Made by a program: the position numbers and the translations under genes. This document shows, piece by piece, positions 45,385 to 54,244 of a DNA stretch of 64,000 nt. Each line of letters begins with the position of its first letter. Position 1 is the first letter of the stretch. The DNA lies in NCBI GenBank assembly GCA_034113365.1, contig JAXEXP010000039.1, forward strand, positions 13,988 through 77,987, written 5' to 3'. The notes under the pieces were generated by a model. That model did no database searches. It was not told where the DNA came from and saw nothing but the letters and a program-made list of their open reading frames with translations. This stretch comes from Candidatus Spyradocola sp. GTDB lineage: Bacteria; Bacillota; Clostridia; Christensenellales; UBA1750.

Positions 45385-46443
45385 CTATGCCTCCAGCAGT
45401 TTTTCCCATGCCTCCAGGATTTTTGTCTCAGAGAATTGCTCTATGCCCAAAGTCGCGCTCTTCGACATTTGACAGCGCAGAGCATCGCTGTCCATCAGAC
45501 GTATCAACTTTTCGGCCAGATCTTCTACGTCTGACGGAACCACTAAGAATCCGTTCACCCCGTTCTCGATGATATCCCTTGGCCCAGTCATAATGTCAAA
45601 ACTGACCAGCGGCAAACCGTAGGATTTGGCTTCCAGCAACACCATGGGCAGCCCCTCCATATGAGAAGTCATCACCACCATGGCGGCTCTACGGTATTGG
45701 GACTCCATGTCCCGCACAGTTCCGGGCAGGAACATCTGCTGTTCCAGTCCGGCTTCCCGAATCAGGCGCTCCAGAGGTTCCCTTTCGGGACCTTCGCCGC
45801 AGATAACCCACTTCCATGCCGGACGGCTGGGCAGGATACGCTTCGCCGCTTCTATGGCGCGGTCATAGCCCTTGATGGGGAGCAGCGCGCCGGCGGACAG
45901 AATCATCCGGGACGAGGCATCATACGAAAATTCATGGGGCTGCACCGGATTGGCGATGACATACACCGGAACCTTGGACGGGATGTGGGTCTCATAGTTT
46001 TCCTTGTCCTGCTCTGTCAGAACCACCATGGCGTCACTGTGCCGGGCGGCAAAGCGGCGAATATAGGGGAATATACGGGAGCCCCAGTTATTGAAATAAT
46101 TGGCATGCTCCCAGGTGATGACCTTGGCTTTTGTGCCCCAGGCCGCGGGAATCCCATAGATACTCATCCCGGTGTCCACGTTGATTACACGATCAATCTG
46201 ATGCTCGAGAAGAAAACGGTGAATCTGCCGGATCTGCAATAGAATGCCCAGTTTTCCGGCGGCAGGGGATAGCACGGTATGCAGAACTGAATCAGCCAGG
46301 CTAAAGAACACATGATCTGCTTCTGATTTCAGGGTGACAACAAACACACGATGAGTTTCTGACAGAGCGTTGGCAATCATGGCAGTCATGCGCTCGGTTC
46401 CGCCCTTACGGGACATATCTCCTTCAAGAAAGCAAATATTCAT
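45385..46443 (-). CDS. Glycosyltransferase family 4
   Basis: 352 aa. TSHMEGLPMVLLEAKSYGLPLVSFD. Confidence 0.8.
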   Translation of the reverse strand: MNICFLEGDMSRKGGTERMTAMIANALSETHRVFVVTLKSEADHVFFSLADSVLHTVLSPAAGKLGILLQIRQIHRFLLEHQIDRVINVDTGMSIYGIPAAWGTKAKVITWEHANYFNNWGSRIFPYIRRFAARHSDAMVVLTEQDKENYETHIPSKVPVYVIANPVQPHEFSYDASSRMILSAGALLPIKGYDRAIEAAKRILPSRPAWKWVICGEGPEREPLERLIREAGLEQQMFLPGTVRDMESQYRRAAMVVMTSHMEGLPMVLLEAKSYGLPLVSFDIMTGPRDIIENGVNGFLVVPSDVEDLAEKLIRLMDSDALRCQMSKSATLGIEQFSETKILEAWEKLLEA

Positions 46444-46457
46444 GGCGTAAATTTTCC

Positions 46458-47579
46458 TTATAAACAGTCCAGCATATTTTCCACAGCTTTTACTGTCTGC
46501 TCGCGGCTGAATGATTTACCTCTTTCTTTGGCTTGCTCCCGGTAGTGCGCCAGCAAAGCAGGCTCGGAAAGCATCTTCTTCATACCCTGATAGATTCCTT
46601 CTTCGCTGTTTTCCACCACAAGACCGTATTCATCATGGTCTCCCAGCAGTTCTCGAGCCCCTGAACAGTCCGTACTGACAACCGGCGTTCCGACAATCAA
46701 TGCTTCTGTGACAGCTGTAGAAAAGCCTTCCCGCCGAGAAGGGCAGACATATAAGTCGCAGCGGGACACATACTGGTAGGGATTATCCTGAAACCCCAAT
46801 AGGAGAAAGCTGTTTTCCAAGCCATACTCATGAATTTTTGCTTCGAGGTATCTCGCTTCTTCACCAATACCGAGAATATAAATCTTATGGGGATATCCTT
46901 CACCCAGCAGCCGTTGATGTACATTCACAAGACGGTCAAAGCCCTTGGTTTTCATCAGTTTCGCCACGGAACAGACCCTGATCACAGACTCTTTATCTGG
47001 AAAGCGTATATCGTCAGGCGCAATCTTCGCAAGTGCTTTGATCTGCTCCGTTTCATTGGTGTTATACAATACATCAATAGGCGTATGTATGGGCAGATTC
47101 TGCAAGAAGCATGTTTTCACGTTGTTGGAAACCGCTACCAGCCGGTCAAATCGATCATAGTATTTTTGGGCTTCCTTCGGGCTTCGGAAGCCTCGGGAGG
47201 CAAGCGCAGGTGTATTCAGCTCAATATGCAGCCAACCGACTTTTTTGACACCAGGCTTTGTGCAGCCAGCTACGATCCGCGCTGTCGGTCCTTCCAAATA
47301 TGACACAACAGTATCGTAATCCTCTTTCACAAAATACCGGTACAGTGCTTCCGGTGAAAAAAGTTTGATGAAATGCGAATTGCCTCGGAACTGCCATCTC
47401 CCTCCGGGAAGATAATGAACATGAGGCTTCAGATATTGCCGGTTCACGCCCACGTCAAACAGCGTTTGGACCGTCACATCAAATCGATTGGAGTCTATGT
47501 TATTCACCAGATTAACCAATACCCGCTCCGCACCGCCATGAGCTAGATTGGGAATCAAGAAAAGAACTTTTTTACGCAT
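46458..47579 (-). CDS. Glycosyltransferase family 4
   Basis: Starts at MRKKVLFLIPNLAHGGAERV (an 8-nt overlap with the upstream stop). PSRREGFSTAVTEALIVGTPVVSTD. Confidence 0.8.
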   Translation of the reverse strand: MRKKVLFLIPNLAHGGAERVLVNLVNNIDSNRFDVTVQTLFDVGVNRQYLKPHVHYLPGGRWQFRGNSHFIKLFSPEALYRYFVKEDYDTVVSYLEGPTARIVAGCTKPGVKKVGWLHIELNTPALASRGFRSPKEAQKYYDRFDRLVAVSNNVKTCFLQNLPIHTPIDVLYNTNETEQIKALAKIAPDDIRFPDKESVIRVCSVAKLMKTKGFDRLVNVHQRLLGEGYPHKIYILGIGEEARYLEAKIHEYGLENSFLLLGFQDNPYQYVSRCDLYVCPSRREGFSTAVTEALIVGTPVVSTDCSGARELLGDHDEYGLVVENSEEGIYQGMKKMLSEPALLAHYREQAKERGKSFSREQTVKAVENMLDCL

Positions 47580-48678
47580 AAGTCCCTCCGAAGAGCCAGG
47601 AACGGTAAGGCAGCAAGTTGGAATCCGTATGCACAATGAGCCAGAAATACAGGAAATAGACAGCAACTACGCCAATGGTCATGAACCGCTTACTTTTGGG
47701 TTCAAAGCATTCCAGAATACGGGGCCAGAGAAGAATGTTATAAATCCCAAAGAACATGCAAAACCGAGCGAAAATCCAGTTCCTGGTGGCGATCATCATG
47801 AAACAGGCATTGATGATGGACAGATTGACCAAAGTACCCGTGTCCTTGCCGGTATGCTTCACATGCGGCCACAATACAAGGGAAAAAAGCGGAGGGACTG
47901 CAGTTAGTCCAAAACGCAGCACATTAGCGCCCAAGTCTGCCTGGGAAAGCGTCGTCTCATAATTGGAATACCTGCTGTTGGAAGAGATCAGGAATTCTAT
48001 CAAATAGTCAGAAAAAAAATCAAAATTCAGATAGATAATCAGAAACACACTGACGAGCAGTACGGTAGCCCAGGAGCGTGGTTTGAAAAAACGGGCAAAT
48101 AAGAACGCTACAAGGACAATCCATGCAGACGAATGAAATTGCATTGCGATCAAAGTCAACAGCAGCAACCATCCCCACTTCTTTTTTTCTATCAGGGGAT
48201 AAGCCGCAAACAGGATCGCTGTTGCGACCATCTGCCTTGTGCCGTTGAACAAGTCGAAATAGTACATGCCTGCAATCAGCAGGAACACCGATACAGGAAA
48301 AGAAATGGAGCTTTTGTAGATTCCATAGACGATCAGGCCAACAGACAGAAACGCAGCCACAACAAATACTGGAATGTAGTCACCAAATAGATTGCTGCAG
48401 AATAGATTGAGTACCCCCCAGAACGGCTCGTCCTCATTCAGAATTTGACTGTAGGTCTTGTCACGGGTCAGGGTAAAGATATCAATATAATTTCCATAAT
48501 CTGTCCCGACCCCCTTGCGCCAGCCCACTACAATACCCAGGACGGCCACCAAAAGCAGACAGTATCCCGCTTGAATCCTGCGGGATCTGGGAGCAAGGGA
48601 CCCTTGCTGTGGCTGAAGGGACTGTATCCGCAGACAAATCAATACGGAAAGCAGCATGACAGAGAGATATATCAGCAT
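47572..48678 (-). CDS. EpsG-family polytopic membrane protein (putative polysaccharide polymerase)
   Basis: About 10 TM segments. GTDYGNYIDIF, EPFWGVLN and FNGTRQMVATAILFAAY match my memory of EpsG-family proteins. The start at MLIYLS is chosen to avoid overlapping the upstream GT2 gene. Confidence 0.7.
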   Translation of the reverse strand: MLIYLSVMLLSVLICLRIQSLQPQQGSLAPRSRRIQAGYCLLLVAVLGIVVGWRKGVGTDYGNYIDIFTLTRDKTYSQILNEDEPFWGVLNLFCSNLFGDYIPVFVVAAFLSVGLIVYGIYKSSISFPVSVFLLIAGMYYFDLFNGTRQMVATAILFAAYPLIEKKKWGWLLLLTLIAMQFHSSAWIVLVAFLFARFFKPRSWATVLLVSVFLIIYLNFDFFSDYLIEFLISSNSRYSNYETTLSQADLGANVLRFGLTAVPPLFSLVLWPHVKHTGKDTGTLVNLSIINACFMMIATRNWIFARFCMFFGIYNILLWPRILECFEPKSKRFMTIGVVAVYFLYFWLIVHTDSNLLPYRSWLFGGTYA

Positions 48679-48691
48679 GTGGTCGCATCCT

Positions 48692-49510
48692 TTAGACTGA
48701 TGTTTTCTTCTTGTGGTGAAGCAGGAGATAAAGCCTCTTGGGAAGCAGCCCGACAAGAATTGGACGTAAAACCCAAATGTAGTTCCTCACTGGGAGCTGC
48801 AGCCGCTGAAACCCGGTCGCACGAACGTAGGCTTCGTTCAGACAGTATCTGAATTTCCTACGGTGATACGCGTTTTCATCATCCCGCATTTTGTACAATG
48901 GTGTTTGAAGATTGTAACCCTGGTATCCCAATTCATAGAGCCGAAACCAAAGATCGTAGTCCTCGGCCCGGAGCGTTCTTGGATTAGAGGAATAGCCATG
49001 TGCCGCGGCATAGGCCTCCGCCCGTACCATGCAGGGGGCATGGCAAAAGGGTGTCCCGGGTACAAAGTCCAGGGCCTCGGGGCGCTCTTTTACCGTGCCG
49101 GTTCCCCAGTCTCCATTATCATCAAAATAGACCATGGGACAGCTGACAATGGCATATTCGGGATGTGAATCTAAAAACGCCGCTTCTAATGCCAGCCGCT
49201 CTGGAAAAGAGATATCGTCTCCATCCATGCGGGCAATATACGCTCCGGTGGCCGCTGCAAGGCAGCTGTTCAGAGCATGATTCAGTCCCATGTTCTTCTC
49301 ATTTCGCAACAAAACCACTTTTTCTGGATAACGGTCACGATATCCGGCGGCAACTTGATAGGTCGCATCCACAGAACCGTCGTCGCAGAGAATCAGTTCC
49401 CAATTGGAGTAAGTTTGCTCCAGAATAGAATCAATGGCTGCGGGAAGCGTAGAGGCACAGTTATATATTCCCATGATGACCGATACTTTTTTATGAGTCA
49501 CTGGGAGCAC
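48692..49510 (-). CDS. Glycosyltransferase family 2
   Basis: VSVIMGIYNCASTLPAAIDSILEQTYSNWELILCDDGSVD and ARMDGDD. Confidence 0.88.
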   Translation of the reverse strand: MLPVTHKKVSVIMGIYNCASTLPAAIDSILEQTYSNWELILCDDGSVDATYQVAAGYRDRYPEKVVLLRNEKNMGLNHALNSCLAAATGAYIARMDGDDISFPERLALEAAFLDSHPEYAIVSCPMVYFDDNGDWGTGTVKERPEALDFVPGTPFCHAPCMVRAEAYAAAHGYSSNPRTLRAEDYDLWFRLYELGYQGYNLQTPLYKMRDDENAYHRRKFRYCLNEAYVRATGFQRLQLPVRNYIWVLRPILVGLLPKRLYLLLHHKKKTSV

Positions 49511-50012
49511 GCTCCTTCACAATGATGCTTGGTGCGCCAGCTAATACAAGAGCATGCTCCGGGATATCCTGCATGATCACACACCCTGCGCCGATTTTTG
49601 CATAACTGCCTACCGTGACCTTGCCGACGATTTTTGTTCCGGCGCCAATTACAACATGGTCTCCAATTTCAGGTGCACCGTTATGTCCTTCGCCAATTGT
49701 TACTTGATGATATATACGGCAATCTTTTCCAATCACCGCATTATGCGAGACAATAATCCCGTTCAGCCCATGCGGAAGCTGAGGCGGTTCGGCGAAGGCT
49801 GCGCCGAAATTGCGGTGGGTTCCCATGGAGGCGTTGTGGAATGCATCCGCACGCTTGATGTAGTACAAGCGGAACAAATCGCCAATTTTGGATCCCCGGC
49901 TGGGATCTACAACAATACTGCGGTATTTCCAATACTTTTTATGATTGTATTTCTGTACAATGCGACGAAAGAATGCTTCAAGCGGAGATAATTCAACACT
50001 GTTTCCCATCAA
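49491..50012 (-). CDS. Hexapeptide-repeat (LbH) O-acetyltransferase, serine-acetyltransferase-like
   Basis: 173 aa. The C-terminal half has left-handed beta-helix repeats: IIVSHNAVIGKDCRIYHQVTIGEG...GDHVVIGAGTKIVGKVTVGSYAKIGAGCVI. Confidence 0.8.
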   Translation of the reverse strand: MMGNSVELSPLEAFFRRIVQKYNHKKYWKYRSIVVDPSRGSKIGDLFRLYYIKRADAFHNASMGTHRNFGAAFAEPPQLPHGLNGIIVSHNAVIGKDCRIYHQVTIGEGHNGAPEIGDHVVIGAGTKIVGKVTVGSYAKIGAGCVIMQDIPEHALVLAGAPSIIVKERAPSDS

Positions 50013-51088
50013 ATGATCCTCTCTATCGTTTCCGCCACGACTTTTTGCCTATCGAAGGTTTCCTCCATGTGCCGTCTCCCGGCTATTCCCATGGCCGCCC
50101 TTTGGGCTGGGGGCATATGGCAGAAGCGGGCCATAGCGTCGTGCAGGCTGTCAGCATTCTTTGGTTCACACAGTAGGCCGCTTTCTCCTTCAACAACCGC
50201 TTCCATGCAGCCGTGGATGCGGCTGGTGATCAGCGGACGGCCCATGGCGGCACATTCCAGGTTGGTGTTGGCCATGCCCTCATGCCACGACGGAAGAACA
50301 AAACAATGGCAGTCTCGGATAAACGGGCGGACGTCCTTCTGATAGCCGTGATAGCGGAGCAAACCTTCTGCCTCGCAGCGGCGGAGAGTTTCTTCATAGT
50401 GCTCTTCACAGCCACCGAGCACATCCAGCGTACACGGGATGTCTTCTTGCTGTAGGCGATGCATCGCTTCAAACAGCTCGTCCACGCCTTTTTCTCTCAT
50501 GACACGTCCCATAAAGAGAAAGCGGATGGGCGTTTCTTCTGTAGGATATGCAGCGAATGCGTAATGATCCAGGTTGACACCCGCGCCGGGTAAGAGCTTG
50601 CACTGAGTTTGCTTAACAATGCCCTCGTTGAGAAGCGTTTCCATGTTTCCAGCATTCTCAAAGAAAACGACCCCAGCCTTTTTCAATGCAGAGCGGTACA
50701 TCGTGGACACCAGTGACCTGAGTGCGCCACTCTTTTGGAATGCTGTACCAAGGCCAGTGATATTGGCGGCGCAGGGAACACCCAAAAGACGGCAGGACAA
50801 ACCACCATAAATATTCGGCTTAATCGTATATGTGATAACTAGATCGGGTTTTTCTTGCCGCAACATCTTGAAATACTGCCAAAACAGTCTCAAGTCTTTT
50901 CTCGGATCAATGCCCCGCCGATCTACCGGTGTTGAGAGAAAACGGCACCCCATTTCTTCCAAAGGACGAACCAGATCGCCGTCTGGCAGAGAAATCAAAA
51001 TTTCATGGCTTTTCAGCAGCTCTGCAATCAATTCTCGCCGGAATTGGTACAAGCCAACATCATAGTTGGCCATAATCAGGATTTTCAT
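50009..51088 (-). CDS. Glycosyltransferase family 4 (PglA/WbuB-like position after the priming enzyme)
   Basis: 359 aa. [21 protein letters not shown], and PSWHEGMANTNLECAAMGRPLITS. Confidence 0.8.
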   Translation of the reverse strand: MKILIMANYDVGLYQFRRELIAELLKSHEILISLPDGDLVRPLEEMGCRFLSTPVDRRGIDPRKDLRLFWQYFKMLRQEKPDLVITYTIKPNIYGGLSCRLLGVPCAANITGLGTAFQKSGALRSLVSTMYRSALKKAGVVFFENAGNMETLLNEGIVKQTQCKLLPGAGVNLDHYAFAAYPTEETPIRFLFMGRVMREKGVDELFEAMHRLQQEDIPCTLDVLGGCEEHYEETLRRCEAEGLLRYHGYQKDVRPFIRDCHCFVLPSWHEGMANTNLECAAMGRPLITSRIHGCMEAVVEGESGLLCEPKNADSLHDAMARFCHMPPAQRAAMGIAGRRHMEETFDRQKVVAETIERII

Positions 51089-51693
51089 TCCATCCTCCTG
51101 GCAGGAACACCGATATATGTTCCCGGTGCTGCGATGTTCTTCACAACAGCAGCTCCGGCACCGATGGTGCAGTTTCCGCAGATGTCAATGTTATTTCGAA
51201 CCGTTGCGCCAATGCCAATGTGGGTTTCCTCACCCACAGACACGGTACCGCCGAGCGAAGCGGCAGGGGAGAGATGAACATAGTCTGCAATGCGATTGTC
51301 GTGTTCAACAATAACACCAGTATTGACGATACAGTGCGAACCAATGATGGCACCGGCGTTGATCACAGCCCGGGGCATCACGACTGTTCCCACGCCGATC
51401 CTTGCGTGCGGAGAGACAACAGCTGAAGGATGTATCGCAGTATACCATTTCACCTGTAGTTGCTGTGAGATGCGCCGCCGGATACTGTTATTGCCGATGG
51501 CGATCAGAAACTGATGCTGCAGGTATTTCGTGTAATCCTCAATTTTCCCCAGCACCGGAACACCGAGAACTGATGTCCCGACCGCAATGCCATCATCCAG
51601 GATGCCAACTGCTTGCCCGCCAGAGGCTTGGATGCAGTCTATCACAACCTTGGAATGACCGCCGCCGCCAATTAGAATGACAGAATCAGACAT
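51085..51693 (-). CDS. NeuD/PglD-family amino-sugar N-acetyltransferase
   Basis: 202 aa. An N-terminal Rossmann-like [14 protein letters not shown], then LbH repeats, giving the PglD/NeuD/VioB architecture. Confidence 0.85.
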   Translation of the reverse strand: MSDSVILIGGGGHSKVVIDCIQASGGQAVGILDDGIAVGTSVLGVPVLGKIEDYTKYLQHQFLIAIGNNSIRRRISQQLQVKWYTAIHPSAVVSPHARIGVGTVVMPRAVINAGAIIGSHCIVNTGVIVEHDNRIADYVHLSPAASLGGTVSVGEETHIGIGATVRNNIDICGNCTIGAGAAVVKNIAAPGTYIGVPARRME

Positions 51694-52324
51694 GCAGGGA
51701 CTCCTTTGCTCCGGAAAATTCTTCCATGGTCACAGAGGTTTCGGACGAGATCCCATCCCGGCAGAATACCTTTTTTGCAGTCATGAATATGACTTTCACA
51801 TCGACTCCAAAGCTGATGTGCCCGACATACCATACATCCAGCTTGAACTTTTCTTCCCAGCTGATCGCGTTGCGGCCATTTGCCTGCGCCCAGCCGGTAA
51901 GGCCTGGACGAACGTCATGCCGGTGCCGCTGCTCCTCATTATATAGCGGCAGGTATTTCACAAGCAGCGGCCTTGGGCCTACGATGCTCATATCTCCCCG
52001 CAGAATGTTCCAAAGCTCCGGCAGCTCATCCAGGGAGGTGCTGCGCAGGATCTGGCCGAAGCGGGTGAGGCGCTGATCATCGGGTAGAAGATTGCCGTTT
52101 TCGTCGCGTTCATCCGTCATGCTGCGGAACTTGTACAGGCGAAAGATCTTTTCGGATTTGCCCGGGCGCTCCTGATGGAAAATGATCGGGCTTCCCAGCT
52201 TGATGCGCACCAAGGCTGCTGTGACCAGCAAAACAGGGGAGAGGATGATCAGCGCCAGAAGCGAAAGCGTAAAATCCAGCAAACGCTTGATGTGTTTTTC
52301 GTAGAACCCGACTTTATGCTCCAT
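51686..52324 (-). CDS. Small monotopic phosphoglycosyl transferase (PglC/WbaP-C-type priming enzyme)
   Basis: 212 aa. [21 protein letters not shown] (re-entrant helix), [38 protein letters not shown]. Confidence 0.9.
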   Translation of the reverse strand: MEHKVGFYEKHIKRLLDFTLSLLALIILSPVLLVTAALVRIKLGSPIIFHQERPGKSEKIFRLYKFRSMTDERDENGNLLPDDQRLTRFGQILRSTSLDELPELWNILRGDMSIVGPRPLLVKYLPLYNEEQRHRHDVRPGLTGWAQANGRNAISWEEKFKLDVWYVGHISFGVDVKVIFMTAKKVFCRDGISSETSVTMEEFSGAKESLHV

Positions 52325-52333
52325 ACTTTCCCC

Positions 52334-53455
52334 TTAAAACAGCTTGCGGATCACTTCGCAGACGTGATCCACATCTTCCATACGCATTTTGGTGTCACTG
52401 GGCAGGCACACACCACGGCTGAACAGGTCATCGGATACGGATTCCGTGCCAACGGTTACATACTTCGCGTTCGCAAAGACAGGCTGGAGATGCATGGGCT
52501 TCCAGAGATGGCGGCCTTCAATGTTTGCCTCATTCAGCGCGTTCAAAACGTCTGTGGGCGTCTTGCCGCAGCCCTTGTTCAGCAGGAGAACCGACAGCCA
52601 GCGGTTAGAGAACGCGCACTCCAGGGAGGGCTGCATCACCAGAGGCAGTCCATCGAGCTTGGAGACATAACGCTCAAAAATGGCCCGCTTCTGCTGAATG
52701 CGAAGCGGCAATACCTTTACCTGCCCACGGCCGATGCCGGCGCAGATGTTGCTCATGCGGTAGTTGTAGCCGATCTCTTCATGCTGATACCAGGGGAAGG
52801 GCTCCCGCGCCTGGGTGGCCAATTTCAGAGCGTGGGCAGCATCCGCTTGCTCCTGGCAGACCAGCATACCGCCGCCGGACGTGGTGATAATCTTGTTGCC
52901 ATTGAAAGACAGTGCGCCAAACTTGCCAAAGGTGCCGCACTTGCGCCCGGCGTACTCGCTCCCCAATGCCTCGGCGGCATCCTCAATCAGGGCTATGCCA
53001 TGCTTCCGGCAGATCGCCGTGATCTCATCCAGCTTGGCGGGATTCCCGTACAGATGGACGACGACGACCGCCTTAGGGATCCCGTATAGTTCAAACGCCT
53101 TCTCCAGCGCGGCGGGGTCCATATTCCAGGTGTCTTGCTCACTGTCGATAAACACCGGCTCGGCTCCCACATAAGCCACAGGATTTGCCGAAGCAGAGAA
53201 AGTCAAATCCTGACAAAATACCTTGTCCCCAGGCTGAACGCCCGCCAGAATCATGGACAGGTGCAGTGCAGCCGTACCGGCTGACAGGGCCACCGTGTGT
53301 CCCGCGCCAACAAAAGACTGCATAGACTTTTCAAATTCGTTTACATTTTCTCCCAGCGGGGCGATCCAGTTCTTCTGGAACGCATCATGGATGTATTCCA
53401 GCTCAAAACCCTCGTCAGACATGTGAGGGCTGGCAAGAAGCAAACGACCTGCCAT
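52334..53455 (-). CDS. DegT/DnrJ/EryC1/StrS-family sugar aminotransferase (PglE-like)
   Basis: LASPHMSDEGFELEYIHDAFQKNWIAPLG and SFNGNKIITTSGGGML (PLP lysine region). The start is uncertain. ATG 53455 (GGGAG upstream) gives 373 aa, which fits the family. In-frame ATGs at 53533 and 53731 would add 26 or 92 residues that do not look family-like. Confidence 0.85.
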   Translation of the reverse strand: MAGRLLLASPHMSDEGFELEYIHDAFQKNWIAPLGENVNEFEKSMQSFVGAGHTVALSAGTAALHLSMILAGVQPGDKVFCQDLTFSASANPVAYVGAEPVFIDSEQDTWNMDPAALEKAFELYGIPKAVVVVHLYGNPAKLDEITAICRKHGIALIEDAAEALGSEYAGRKCGTFGKFGALSFNGNKIITTSGGGMLVCQEQADAAHALKLATQAREPFPWYQHEEIGYNYRMSNICAGIGRGQVKVLPLRIQQKRAIFERYVSKLDGLPLVMQPSLECAFSNRWLSVLLLNKGCGKTPTDVLNALNEANIEGRHLWKPMHLQPVFANAKYVTVGTESVSDDLFSRGVCLPSDTKMRMEDVDHVCEVIRKLF

Positions 53456-54133
53456 GTTGGTGTCATCTCCCAAATTCCTAAGAAATCTCGCGGCACAATG
53501 TGCGCGAATCGCATCAAATTGTTTTTGATCCATCGTCCCGCCGCTGAACCTGGTCCCATTTGGAACCTTTGCACCTTTTGGGATATTCACGGGGGTGCTG
53601 GCGATGGGTGCTGCTTCAAAGACGGGGCTGACGCAGATGGTCTTGCCGTTCGGGGACCGCGGGTTGGGCCCTGGGGCCGTCCGTTTGTTTGGGCTGCTGA
53701 TTTTGGCAGCGTTGACGCTCAAAAAATCCATGAGGAATGGATTTTTCTAAAATGGCTCTGATTTACTTTGGAGAGCCATTTTTGACCCTATAGTATCAAT
53801 ATGAAATTTTACCATGTTACAACACAAAAATCAATATACGGGTCGATTATAATACGGTTATGTTTGTAATAAAGTACGGATTATTGTTGTGTGTCCACCG
53901 ATCGAAATAAAAAACGGTATCCGGCACCTGCGGTGAGAAGCGCCTGGTTTGGGCATATTTTGGAAAAAACGAGCGAGAGTGTCGATCGATCCGGCGCCCT
54001 CCGCCGATAGAGGGCGGGCAGCCGGTTTCGACCATTGATTCAAAGGCGCAGACTTGCCGGCTGCCCATCGGCGGGAGCGCTGTTTGTGCTTCCAGATTCT
54101 GCGTTTGTGAAAAGCGGGCGGAGGAGCGGGGAC

Positions 54134-54173
54134 GGGCTGGTATAATCAGAGAGGGGCTGGTATAATCGGAGAG
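54134..54173 (+). promoter_or_regulatory. Tandemly duplicated extended -10 promoter element
   Basis: GGGCTGGTATAATCAGAGAG (54134-54153) is followed directly by GGGCTGGTATAATCGGAGAG (54154-54173). Each carries TGGTATAAT (TGnTATAAT). They lie 72-111 nt upstream of the lipoprotein ATG. Confidence 0.5.
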
Positions 54174-54244
54174 GGAGCGGGGCCGGCTTGAACCCGAGAA
54201 TGCCGCGCGTGACGCGCGGGGGAAGCACAAGGAGGAGAAACAGT

